A stretch of 64,000 bases of DNA, taken from positions 8,440-72,439 of the IMG/VR virus record IMGVR_UViG_3300004463_000262; one strand, 5' to 3'. The notes under the pieces were generated by a model. The model was given only the letters and a program-made list of their open reading frames with translations. It ran no database searches and was not told the origin of the DNA. This stretch comes from a virus. Positions 15,866 through 24,419 of this stretch are shown one piece after another (position 1 is the first letter of the stretch; each line of letters begins with the position of its first letter). A program made the translations under genes and the position numbers.

Positions 15866-15938
15866 GTCCTAGTAGCTCAGTGGATAGAGTGCCACCCTGC
15901 GAAGGTGGAAGTCGTTGGTTCGAGTCCAACTTAGGACG
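15866..15938 (+). tRNA. tRNA-Arg(GCG)
   Basis: ccacc-ctgcgaa-ggtgg; A20 in D loop. Confidence 0.85.
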
Positions 15939-16354
15939 CTAGAACAGGGACATACGCAGCACCCGTTGATCCATGCGTCGTGGGTAACTCCCCGGCCGAA
16001 AATTGGGCGTCTTCACGGCGCAGAGATGAGCGGGTGTTGAGGAACTTCAGGACTACTGAACCGCGTGGTGCCAAGAGAGCGCGGGGAGCGTTTAGACGAT
16101 GAGGGAGATGGCCGGTTAGCCGGTAATGCCCGTAATGATGTGTAGGGCTGATAGCGTGAGCGGGAGCCATCGCGTACCTCTAAGCGGACGATATGTAGCG
16201 ATTCCAAGTTCGTCCTGAGCACACAGGACAAGGTAGGGAGCAGCCACTTTATCGAGACGGGTGGCCATTGGTCGAAAGCCCTTCAACGGACGTGAGGGTA
16301 GAGGGCTGAAAACCCCACGCTGACCAGTGAGATAGATGTATGTCATCTTGTTAC

Positions 16355-16383
16355 TTGACAAGACACAGAATCCTGGGTATACT
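16355..16383 (+). promoter_or_regulatory. sigma70-type promoter
   Basis: TTGACA-17-TATACT. Confidence 0.75.
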
Positions 16384-16398
16384 GTTCTAGATACACAA

Positions 16399-16471
16399 AC
16401 CTCCGTAGCTCAGCGGTCAGAGCGCTGGCCTCATAAGCCAGATGTCGTCGGTTCGAATCCAACCGGAGGGA
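16399..16471 (+). tRNA. tRNA(CAT), Met or Ile2
   Basis: ctggc-ctcataa-gccag. Confidence 0.8.
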
Positions 16472-16473
16472 AT

Positions 16474-16692
16474 ATGAATCAAATTGATAAGAACAAAGTC
16501 GTAGAGGTTCCGCTTAGTTCTAAGTACCTTACTCATGATGGATTGTATATGGCAGGCTATCATTGGGGTCGGCATATTAGAAGTCCAGAAAGCGCCCCTA
16601 GTGGTGCGCCGGTAGCCTTTCTTCAAGGTGTTCGGGATGGATATGGAGACGGCTTGGAAGAAATCCGAGAAAGGATGAGATCAGGAACATGA
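16474..16692 (+). CDS. RMF-like motif protein
   Basis: YMAGYHWG…AFLQGVRDGYGD; GGAGG supplied by the tRNA 3' end. Confidence 0.6.
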   Translation: MNQIDKNKVVEVPLSSKYLTHDGLYMAGYHWGRHIRSPESAPSGAPVAFLQGVRDGYGDGLEEIRERMRSGT

Positions 16693-16892
16693 AGAAGATA
16701 GATCAGAAAGCCGAAAAGGCTGAGCGTAACAAGATCTACGCGCTCAAGTTCAAGAAGAAGGAAAAGGAGAAGAAGGGCAAGCGCGAGGTTTCTCGTTTCG
16801 CCAATTGGTGCAGAACCGAGGGTCATGATCCTAGTTGTAGTTGCGCCTATCCTTCTCGCGAAGAAGTCATTGAGGCTTCACGCAGAAAGTAA
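16689..16892 (+). CDS. small basic hypothetical protein
   Basis: ATGA overlap; Lys-rich with C/H cluster. Confidence 0.55.
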   Translation: MKKIDQKAEKAERNKIYALKFKKKEKEKKGKREVSRFANWCRTEGHDPSCSCAYPSREEVIEASRRK

Positions 16893-16965
16893 TTCCCTGT
16901 AGCTCAGTGGAAAGAGCATCTGTTTCCTAAACAGAGTGTCGGAGGTTCGATTCCTCTCAGGGAAG
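16893..16965 (+). tRNA. tRNA-Arg(CCT)
   Basis: tctgt-ttcctaa-acaga. Confidence 0.88.
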
Positions 16966-16966
16966 T

Positions 16967-17212
16967 ATGAAAAGAAAGCTTAAGTGTGGTACTTGTGGTA
17001 CCACCAAAAATAAAGCAACAGGCAAAACGCTCTACATGTTTGGTGACTCGCCTGCATCTATGATGATCCTCCCTGATTCTATCGAGTGTTGGGATTGTGG
17101 TGAGGCTCGTCGTGAGGCAGAAGAAAAGAAAAAGCAGGAGCGCAACAAGAGCCTGGTTGATAAGTTCGCTGTCGAAAGCGATAAACTAGCACGCGGAGTA
17201 GAGCACTGGTAG
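16967..17212 (+). CDS. zinc-ribbon hypothetical protein
   Basis: CGTC…CWDC; stop inside the following tRNA. Confidence 0.55.
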   Translation: MKRKLKCGTCGTTKNKATGKTLYMFGDSPASMMILPDSIECWDCGEARREAEEKKKQERNKSLVDKFAVESDKLARGVEHW

Positions 17213-17263
17213 CTCGTCAGCCTCATAAGCTGAAGGTAGCTGGTTCAATTCCAGCCTCCGCTA
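17192..17263 (+). tRNA. tRNA-Met(CAT), initiator-like
   Basis: CGCGGAGTAGAGCA start, C1 mismatch, tcagc-ctcataa-gctga. Confidence 0.85.
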
Positions 17264-17282
17264 TAGAGTAAAGTGAAGGTTC

Positions 17283-17315
17283 AAGCCCGTGGCGTTCTTG
17301 CGCCACGGGCTTTTT
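17283..17315 (+). terminator. intrinsic terminator ending the tRNA array (overlaps a TTGCGC-17-TATAAT promoter)
   Basis: aagcccgtggcg-ttcttg-cgccacgggctt followed by T run. Confidence 0.8.
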
Positions 17316-17332
17316 CGTGCTATAATAAACTG

Positions 17333-17614
17333 ATGGAGCTACATCATAGGAAAGCTAGAGAGATCTGGCGGGAGATGAGACTAGAGAATGGTATAGATCC
17401 TGATTCAGTCACTTCTAGTGATCCAGGACACCCCAAGTGGTCTACAATTAAGTACATCGGGGGATATTATCATGGTTTAGTGGGTCTTTATATTCCCCCT
17501 GATCGTCGTAACGATTCTAATAATGCCAAGGGAACTTTTGGCACGACTGAGGATGAGTGGGATATGGGTTATTGGGACGCTCAAGGAGATTTAGAAAATG
17601 GCAAATATAACTAA
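17333..17614 (+). CDS. RMF-like motif protein
   Basis: YIGGYYHG…WDMGYWDAQGD; leaderless ATG. Confidence 0.6.
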   Translation: MELHHRKAREIWREMRLENGIDPDSVTSSDPGHPKWSTIKYIGGYYHGLVGLYIPPDRRNDSNNAKGTFGTTEDEWDMGYWDAQGDLENGKYN

Positions 17615-18977
17615 GGATTTGAAGGTTTTTAGCCCGCAGGGTGTGGGTATTGATCAGGGCGCGGTTGAGCAGATTGAACGCTGCCTAGAGCATCCTAACG
17701 CCGTTGCCGGTGCATTGATGGCTGACCATCATCTAGGCTATTCTATGCCTATTGGTGGTGTTGTCGCCTACGAGGATGCTATTTCTCCTACAGGAGTAGG
17801 ATTCGATATCGCCTGTGGGAACATGGCGGTCAAGACTGATCTGAATATCTCTAGTTTCGGTTCTGAGTCTGCCAAGAGTGGGGACATCGTTCCTAATCCT
17901 AAGGTATTCAAGGGACTGATGCGTGAAATCCAGCGCCAGGTATCTTTCGGTATTGGTCGTTCTAACGCGAATCCTATTGATCATCCTCTCTTCGACAATC
18001 CTGTTTGGGTTGAGATTGATAACCAGTTTGGTCGTGAGCTAGAGGCTAAGGCTCGCAACCAGTTGGGTACCGTGGGTTCTGGTAATCACTATGTGGATAT
18101 TCTCGTTGACGAGAAGGGTGCTCTCTGGATTGCTAACCACTTTGGCTCTCGTGGTCTAGGTCATACTATCGCTTCTGGCTTTATGGCTGCTGCCGCTGGT
18201 AGGAAGTTCACGGATCGCGTTCCTGAGTCCGAGGATGCAGTAGTTCTTACTAAGAATGACCCTCTAATCTACGAGTTCTACATCGAGGCTATGCAGCTAG
18301 CTGGCGAGTACGCTTATGCTGGTCGTGAGTACGTCATCGATCAGGTTCTTAAGATCCTCGGTGCTGAAGCTGTTTGGTCAGTCCACAATCATCACAACTA
18401 CGCTTGGCTGGAAGATGGCAAGTGGGTAGTTCGCAAGGGTGCCACTCCGCTAACGAATTCTCCTGCATTTATTGGAGGTTCTATGGGTGATATCTCCGTG
18501 ATTGTTCGTGGTCGAACGGCTGGTGGCGAAATGTTGCGCTGGACTCGCACGGAAGATGTTGGCGCATTGGGTTCTGCGCCTCATGGTGCTGGTCGTATCA
18601 TGAGCCGCACAAAGGCCGCTGGTAAGTTACGCAAGATGTGGGTATGTCCTAATCGTAACTGTGGTAAGTTTGAGGAAAGAGCAGTAGCAAATACGCCTGC
18701 TTCTGCTGGTTCTCGCTGCCCGGATTGCAACATCGTTTTGCGCAAGGTTCGCAAGCGCGATACCTCTGATGCTGCTATCGATTGGACTGCAACCCGTCAG
18801 GATCTAAAGGATCGTGGGATCATTGTTCTGGGTGCTGGTGCTGATGAGGCACCGGGAGTCTATAAGCCTCTCGCTGAGGTTATCGAAGCACATCCTAACA
18901 TCGAAATCCTACATACTCTTCGTCCGCTTGGTGTGGTAATGGCAGGTGCGGATGAATTTGACCCTTATGCTGATTGA
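17598..18977 (+). CDS. rtcB: RtcB RNA ligase with zinc-ribbon insertion
   Basis: MADHHLGYSMPIGG, VGFDIACG, LGTVGSGNHY, HNHHN, VRKGATP, HGAGRIMSR. Confidence 0.93.
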   Translation: MANITKDLKVFSPQGVGIDQGAVEQIERCLEHPNAVAGALMADHHLGYSMPIGGVVAYEDAISPTGVGFDIACGNMAVKTDLNISSFGSESAKSGDIVPNPKVFKGLMREIQRQVSFGIGRSNANPIDHPLFDNPVWVEIDNQFGRELEAKARNQLGTVGSGNHYVDILVDEKGALWIANHFGSRGLGHTIASGFMAAAAGRKFTDRVPESEDAVVLTKNDPLIYEFYIEAMQLAGEYAYAGREYVIDQVLKILGAEAVWSVHNHHNYAWLEDGKWVVRKGATPLTNSPAFIGGSMGDISVIVRGRTAGGEMLRWTRTEDVGALGSAPHGAGRIMSRTKAAGKLRKMWVCPNRNCGKFEERAVANTPASAGSRCPDCNIVLRKVRKRDTSDAAIDWTATRQDLKDRGIIVLGAGADEAPGVYKPLAEVIEAHPNIEILHTLRPLGVVMAGADEFDPYAD

Positions 18978-19114
18978 TCCTTACCAAGGACGATCAGATG
19001 CCTGAATGGTTCTTCGGTGGTAGCGAAAACTAGTATAATTGTTGGCACGTGATGCAGGAGAGAGGCGGACACTAATAGAAGACATCGTTAGAACAGAAAT
19101 AGGAGACTTTCAGA

Positions 19115-20920
19115 GTGACAGAATTCGAGCCTACAGGGCTAGGAGCTACGATTTTCTCAGATAGGTACGCGAGAGAACCAGAAGAGACGTGGCCCGAAGC
19201 ATGTGACAGGGTGGCCCGCCATGTGGCCCAAGCAGAAGATAATGGCAAAGTAAAGCAGTACACAGAAAGGTTTTATGAGCAGTTAGCAAGTGGTAGGTTT
19301 AGTCCTGGAGGTCGAATTTGGTACGGATCGGGACGCCCTAAGGCGCAGCTTCTAAATTGCTTCGTGGTTCCTACTGGAGATAGTCGAGAGGCGTGGGGTA
19401 AAACCGCTTCTGACACGATTATCATCAGTGGGCTTATGGGTGGAATCGGAATAAATCTCTCGCCTATACGTGGTCGAGGTTACTCGATTAAAGGCACTGG
19501 TGGCGTAGCTACTGGTGCTGTTTCTTATGGTCAGTTGATCAATGGCATTGGAGATGTGATCGTCGGCGGCGGTGGTCGAAGGATGGCTCTTATGTTGGCC
19601 CTTGAGCTAACCCATCCAGACGTAGAAGAGTTCCTCTCGGCTAAGCTAGATCGTGACGAGTTGAACAATGCGAATATTTCGCTGATCATCCCGGACAATC
19701 TTTCCACAGATGACTTTGTGAGAATGATTGAGAACGGGGAAGACATTGAATTAGAGTTCAATGGTGTTCCTTCTGGTAAGGCCATCAATGCTAAGTGGCT
19801 CTGGGATAAGCTAGTAGAGAATGCTTATGAGTCTGGGGAGCCAGGGGTGTTGAATGGTTATCTGGCGAATCAGATGAACAACCTCTACTATTACAAGTCG
19901 CTTGTTTGTACTAATCCCTGTGGAGAGATCTGGTTGGAACCTTACGGGTGCTGTGATTTGGGCGCTCTCGTTCTTCCAAGGTTTGTTTTTGACGGTAGAA
20001 TGGATTGGGATATGCTGGAAGAGACTATCCGCCTAGGGGTACGATTCCTAGATAACGTTTTAACGGTAAACCATTATCCTATCCAGGAGATCAAGGATAA
20101 TAATGAGAACGTTCGTCGTCTAGGATTAGGAGTTATGGGTTTGCACACAATGCTTCTCGAACTAGGCATGACTTATGATAGCGAAGAGTCTTTTTCTTTT
20201 GTGGATAAGCTTTTCAGTGTCATCAAGAACACAGCTTACGACACGAGCATCAATCTGGCCATCGAGAAGGGGCCATTCCCTGCTTATGATCCGAAGTTCC
20301 TGGAGAGCGGATTTGCTAAAACACTAAAGCGTGGCATCCGTAATAAGATCAAGGAGTATGGCATCCGTAACTGTGCTCTTCTGACAATAGCCCCAACTGG
20401 TACAACCTCTATGGTTCAAGGTGTAAGTTCTGGTGTCGAGCCGATTCCTTCACCTGTTTATTGGAGAAATTACTTCAAGCCAACAGATGATGGTACGAGG
20501 GTTCTTGAGCGAGAGCTAGTTGTAGAGGATGCATTTCACAAGTATCGAGACATCGTTCAATCTGCGATTGATATCCCGGTTGAGAATCACTTCCGCATGC
20601 AAGCTATTGTTCAGGAGCACATCGATAATGCTGTTTCCAAGACCATTAACATGGCAAAAGATGCTGATAAGCAGGAATTTTCTGCTGCATGGTTGAAGTA
20701 TCTTCCGAGTTGTAAAGGCACGACGGTCTATCGCTTTGGTTCTAGAGAGAATGAACCGATTAACCCTGTTCCTCGTGAGCAATGGGATGAAGTTGTTGGA
20801 CAGGATCATGCTTCAGAGATGAGTGTCGAGGAATTTATGTTTGGTGACTGTCCTGATGGAGCATGTTCTGTAGAACTTGTCCCGCAGAGTTGGCAAGATC
20901 GCGAGATTGTGCTAAAATAG
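19115..20920 (+). CDS. nrdJ: class II (B12-dependent) ribonucleotide reductase
   Basis: TNPCGEI, APTGTTS, C-terminal CPDGAC; no beta subunit in window. Confidence 0.85.
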   Translation: MTEFEPTGLGATIFSDRYAREPEETWPEACDRVARHVAQAEDNGKVKQYTERFYEQLASGRFSPGGRIWYGSGRPKAQLLNCFVVPTGDSREAWGKTASDTIIISGLMGGIGINLSPIRGRGYSIKGTGGVATGAVSYGQLINGIGDVIVGGGGRRMALMLALELTHPDVEEFLSAKLDRDELNNANISLIIPDNLSTDDFVRMIENGEDIELEFNGVPSGKAINAKWLWDKLVENAYESGEPGVLNGYLANQMNNLYYYKSLVCTNPCGEIWLEPYGCCDLGALVLPRFVFDGRMDWDMLEETIRLGVRFLDNVLTVNHYPIQEIKDNNENVRRLGLGVMGLHTMLLELGMTYDSEESFSFVDKLFSVIKNTAYDTSINLAIEKGPFPAYDPKFLESGFAKTLKRGIRNKIKEYGIRNCALLTIAPTGTTSMVQGVSSGVEPIPSPVYWRNYFKPTDDGTRVLERELVVEDAFHKYRDIVQSAIDIPVENHFRMQAIVQEHIDNAVSKTINMAKDADKQEFSAAWLKYLPSCKGTTVYRFGSRENEPINPVPREQWDEVVGQDHASEMSVEEFMFGDCPDGACSVELVPQSWQDREIVLK

Positions 20921-20924
20921 ACAG

Positions 20925-21212
20925 ATGGCCAAAGTGGTGGTCTGCGAGAGCTTACTCAAGCCGCAGATAATCCCGGTAGAATCTAGTCAAGGCGATGGCA
21001 CGTATTACACGGTCATCGCCTCTACTCTTTTCAATGATCCTGTCTGTGATTGCAGAGGATTTGAGTTTCGAGGGACATGTAGGCATATCCAGATGATCGA
21101 GCAGGCTAGATGTGATTTTCATCGTCTACCCATGGAGGAAGAAGAGCTAGGCCATTGTCCGCAATGTCGTAACCCGCTGGTGCTGTTTGAAATGGAGCCT
21201 GAGTTTGACTGA
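20925..21212 (+). CDS. SWIM-type zinc finger protein
   Basis: CDCRGFEFRGTCRH. Confidence 0.7.
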   Translation: MAKVVVCESLLKPQIIPVESSQGDGTYYTVIASTLFNDPVCDCRGFEFRGTCRHIQMIEQARCDFHRLPMEEEELGHCPQCRNPLVLFEMEPEFD

Positions 21213-21429
21213 TCTAGAGCCAGACAACCAAGAACGAATCACTAGTCTTGCTGAGTCGTTAAATATTTCCAGAAAAAGCTGGGATGACCCTGACAATCTT
21301 TCTTACTTTGCAGGATACTATGATGCTTACCTTGAATTCCCTCATACTCCTACTGGCTTTACTTCATTTTACGCAATGGGATATGAGGATGGAACGGGGG
21401 ATCTAGACATAGATTTGGAAAATGAATAG
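21187..21429 (+). CDS. RMF-like motif protein
   Basis: YFAGYYDA…FYAMGYEDGTGD. Confidence 0.6.
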   Translation: MKWSLSLTDLEPDNQERITSLAESLNISRKSWDDPDNLSYFAGYYDAYLEFPHTPTGFTSFYAMGYEDGTGDLDIDLENE

Positions 21430-22015
21430 AGAAGAGAGATTACAGCACATAGCCAGGGAACTGTACGAGGCCAAGTCTGATGAGAAAATGGTCAAAGAAG
21501 ATGTGGGCAGGCTACGAGAAGAGTTCTTTAGACTTCATGATGAGGGCTTCAAGGGGCAGACTTATAGGTTGCCGGTGAAGACTATAGAGGTTCCCGATGC
21601 GTTCTTTGAGATAACCGATATGGGCATTGATGAGTTTGTGGAGTCGCGCTTCCCTAACTGGAATGTAGAGCACATCGAGAAGAATACGGCTTTGAATAAA
21701 ACGGTAATTGTGTTGAAGCAGGACTATAGGTATGTTCCTGGTGTTGTGGATGTGCAGGATGGGGACAAGACGATTCGTGTTTCCAAAGAAGTTTCCGAAT
21801 ATACGCCTGAGATCGATTGGACTACCCTTAAGGAAGAGCGCCCTGATCTCTTTGAGCGTATCGCACAACCAATTACGAGCTATGAAATAGATGAAGTGGG
21901 TTTTTCAAAGCTGATTGATGAGTCACCTGAAGAACTAGCGACTCTACAGCGACACATGAGAGTGAAGCCGCCGACCATAAGGGCGACGGCTAGGAGAATC
22001 AAGACAGATGAATGA
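21422..22015 (+). CDS. hypothetical protein
   Basis: Overlapping start/stop in operon. Confidence 0.7.
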   Translation: MNREERLQHIARELYEAKSDEKMVKEDVGRLREEFFRLHDEGFKGQTYRLPVKTIEVPDAFFEITDMGIDEFVESRFPNWNVEHIEKNTALNKTVIVLKQDYRYVPGVVDVQDGDKTIRVSKEVSEYTPEIDWTTLKEERPDLFERIAQPITSYEIDEVGFSKLIDESPEELATLQRHMRVKPPTIRATARRIKTDE

Positions 22016-22319
22016 CCAAGAGTTTTTTGAGCAGCGAGATAAACTGGCAGAAGACCTTTATGGTGATCGTTATCATAGGTTGAGTGCATGGGGCAGGAGT
22101 TCTGTAGATAGAGCAATAAGACAGAAAGTTTTTGAACCATTGCAGGGCAACTTGCCAACGCAGCCGGAAGCTGCTACACTACGACAAGAGAATGAGCGTC
22201 TCGCTCGTCTATTAGAGAACGCTCAGCAGGAGAGTTTGGAATTATGGGAAGAAGTGACGGAATTGAAGACGGAGTTGGCGACACTGAGATCGGAGTTGAA
22301 CCTTCCCTCTACCTCGTAG
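22008..22319 (+). CDS. coiled-coil hypothetical protein
   Basis: Heptad C-terminus. Confidence 0.6.
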   Translation: MNDQEFFEQRDKLAEDLYGDRYHRLSAWGRSSVDRAIRQKVFEPLQGNLPTQPEAATLRQENERLARLLENAQQESLELWEEVTELKTELATLRSELNLPSTS

Positions 22320-22828
22320 GAGCGCCGGGTACAAAGAAAGACGAGATTGCTCGTGCTTTGGAAGAACGTTTTCCAAACAATCTTACTTATAAGACAGAGA
22401 ATCTCGAAAATACACCCTACGCCCTAGGTTCGGTCGCGGACTATCGAATTGAACTTAAACTAGCGTTAGAACGAAGCTTAGAGAAGCCCTCTGGGGCCAC
22501 CCTCTACACTCACTCCGTGCTAGACAACCTCGCATACCTCTCTTTTGCCATTTCTAGGTATCAGATGGGCACTGTGGGTGAAGAAACCGTGCAGAGAGCC
22601 GTTCTGGCATGGACTCTTACTGGCCTGATTCTAACTGACTCATTTAAGAACGATCATGTGTTTCTCTTGCAGGGTAAGTTTGATCCCGAGGATGACTATG
22701 AGTCGGCTGAACTACAGATCATTCTTCAAATGATCCTGGATCAGTATCAGGTGAACTATTCGATCATCGATGTGGATGATGATCCCGTCGAGAAGATCGC
22801 GGAGACTTTGGGGACGTATCTTGACTAA
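22244..22828 (+). CDS. nucleoside/nucleotide kinase-like P-loop protein
   Basis: YLVGAPGTKK, HSVLDNLAY resembling dNK/AAA_28 proteins. Confidence 0.55.
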   Translation: MGRSDGIEDGVGDTEIGVEPSLYLVGAPGTKKDEIARALEERFPNNLTYKTENLENTPYALGSVADYRIELKLALERSLEKPSGATLYTHSVLDNLAYLSFAISRYQMGTVGEETVQRAVLAWTLTGLILTDSFKNDHVFLLQGKFDPEDDYESAELQIILQMILDQYQVNYSIIDVDDDPVEKIAETLGTYLD

Positions 22829-23036
22829 GAGAGAGGCATTTCTGTATTGGAAATCTTTATGGATTGAGCCAGGTTGTAATGATTCCTATGCGGCTGGGTA
22901 CTATGGCTTTCTTCTTGGTGTGGCAAGAGAAAACGCTCATCGCGGTGATAGGCGTCATCTTTATTGTATGGGGTGGGATGATGCTAAGGGAGATTGGGGA
23001 ACTTCATTGCCGCACAAGGAGCAAGCATTTGACTAA
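22821..23036 (+). CDS. RMF-like motif protein (tandem 1)
   Basis: YAAGYYG…YCMGWDDAKGDW. Confidence 0.65.
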   Translation: MTKREAFLYWKSLWIEPGCNDSYAAGYYGFLLGVARENAHRGDRRHLYCMGWDDAKGDWGTSLPHKEQAFD

Positions 23037-23220
23037 GGCAGAGGCGCTCGAATATTGGGAGGATTATTGGGCATTTCGGCGTCCAGGATTAGATCATAGA
23101 AGCATATCGTATATTGGTGGCTATTTAGTTGGACTCAGAGGTCATGCAAGACAGCAGTCTGGATACACTAATGATTGGTATATGGGATGGGATGATGCAA
23201 AAGGAGATTGGGGAGATTGA
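23029..23220 (+). CDS. RMF-like motif protein (tandem 2)
   Basis: YIGGYLVG…WYMGWDDAKGDW. Confidence 0.65.
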   Translation: MTKAEALEYWEDYWAFRRPGLDHRSISYIGGYLVGLRGHARQQSGYTNDWYMGWDDAKGDWGD

Positions 23221-23449
23221 GACAGTTAAAGCCTACTGGAGTGATCTTTGGGAAAAAACAGAGGCAGCCAAAACGGAATTGGGTTTCAAATCTGATCATA
23301 TTGAGGATTCTCAAGATTGGTATATTGCTGGTTATTGGTCAAAATTGCGTTTAATATCAAGAGAAGGTACATATTTGCGAGGCAAGAATAGAGAATTCTG
23401 GCAGGCTGGATGGGATGACGCTGAGGGAGATTGGAAAGAGAAACTTTAA
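23129..23449 (+). CDS. RMF-like motif protein (tandem 3; true start probably near 23216)
   Basis: YIAGYWS…FWQAGWDDAEGDW. Confidence 0.6.
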   Translation: MDSEVMQDSSLDTLMIGIWDGMMQKEIGEIETVKAYWSDLWEKTEAAKTELGFKSDHIEDSQDWYIAGYWSKLRLISREGTYLRGKNREFWQAGWDDAEGDWKEKL

Positions 23450-24225
23450 TCGCTAACTTGCGGCAACGCAAGATTGACGACACAACATATGATAGGATCA
23501 CTACTCTTTATCCGGTAGCTGTAAGCTGCCCGACTTGTGGGGGTCGAGGAAAGTATAACCTTGATCTGCTTCCCAATGAGTGTGATTGTGAAGTACAAAA
23601 ACTCCTGCAAAAGCACTACTTTGCTGCCAACATTGGTCGTGAGTACCACGATATTTGTTTGAAGGATTTTAGTGGCTCGGATACCAATTCTGTAGTGCCG
23701 GTTACGCAAGAGTACATTTCCAATTTCGAAAACAACTTCCACTATGGTCTGGGGTTGACCTTTAGTGGCCCCGTGGGCACAGGGAAGACCTTTGCTATGA
23801 CCTGTGTGCTGAAGGAGTTGATTAAGCAGGGGGTGGATGTCTATTTCATCACCTTTGAAGAGCTAATCAATGTCTGGGGCAAATCGTGGCATGATGATGA
23901 TGCCAAACGACTCTTGGAGCAACGTTTAAAAACGGCCTCTGTTTTGGGGCTAGACGAATTACGTACAGATCCGAGAAATGCGGGTGGATTCTTGGCCAAT
24001 GGGCTAGACTCAGTGATTAGACATCGTACTTCTAACCTGCTCCCAACTTTAGTTACTACTAACATGAATCGAGAGGCGGAACTAGATCAGTTCGGCAAGG
24101 TTTACAGTCTGTTGTCAGCCAAGAACACAAGAGTGGAGACTCATGGTCATGATCGTCGCATGCGCGAGGTAAGGAATCGTAACTTCGAGCTAAATCAGCG
24201 GGGGGAACGAAGACCAATATGTTAA
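23431..24225 (+). CDS. DnaC/IstB-like helicase loader
   Basis: CPTC…CDC, GPVGTGKT, LGLDEL, LPTLVTTN. Confidence 0.85.
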   Translation: MERETLIANLRQRKIDDTTYDRITTLYPVAVSCPTCGGRGKYNLDLLPNECDCEVQKLLQKHYFAANIGREYHDICLKDFSGSDTNSVVPVTQEYISNFENNFHYGLGLTFSGPVGTGKTFAMTCVLKELIKQGVDVYFITFEELINVWGKSWHDDDAKRLLEQRLKTASVLGLDELRTDPRNAGGFLANGLDSVIRHRTSNLLPTLVTTNMNREAELDQFGKVYSLLSAKNTRVETHGHDRRMREVRNRNFELNQRGERRPIC

Positions 24226-24419
24226 GATTTGTAGAAATGCTCCTAAGACCATTCGATAACGAGGATAGAGAGTTGATTCTGCGTTTTCGTTTGTGGAAAT
24301 CAGATTGGTTTCCTTATCGCACTTACGTGATGGGCGATGAAAAGGAGTTTCTGGATATGTTGGATGGCAAGATACAACCAAAGTGGCAATGGAATAGGCC
24401 ATGCAGGTGGATAAGATGA
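24219..24419 (+). CDS. hypothetical protein
   Basis: Fills gap with overlaps on both sides. Confidence 0.45.
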   Translation: MLRFVEMLLRPFDNEDRELILRFRLWKSDWFPYRTYVMGDEKEFLDMLDGKIQPKWQWNRPCRWIR

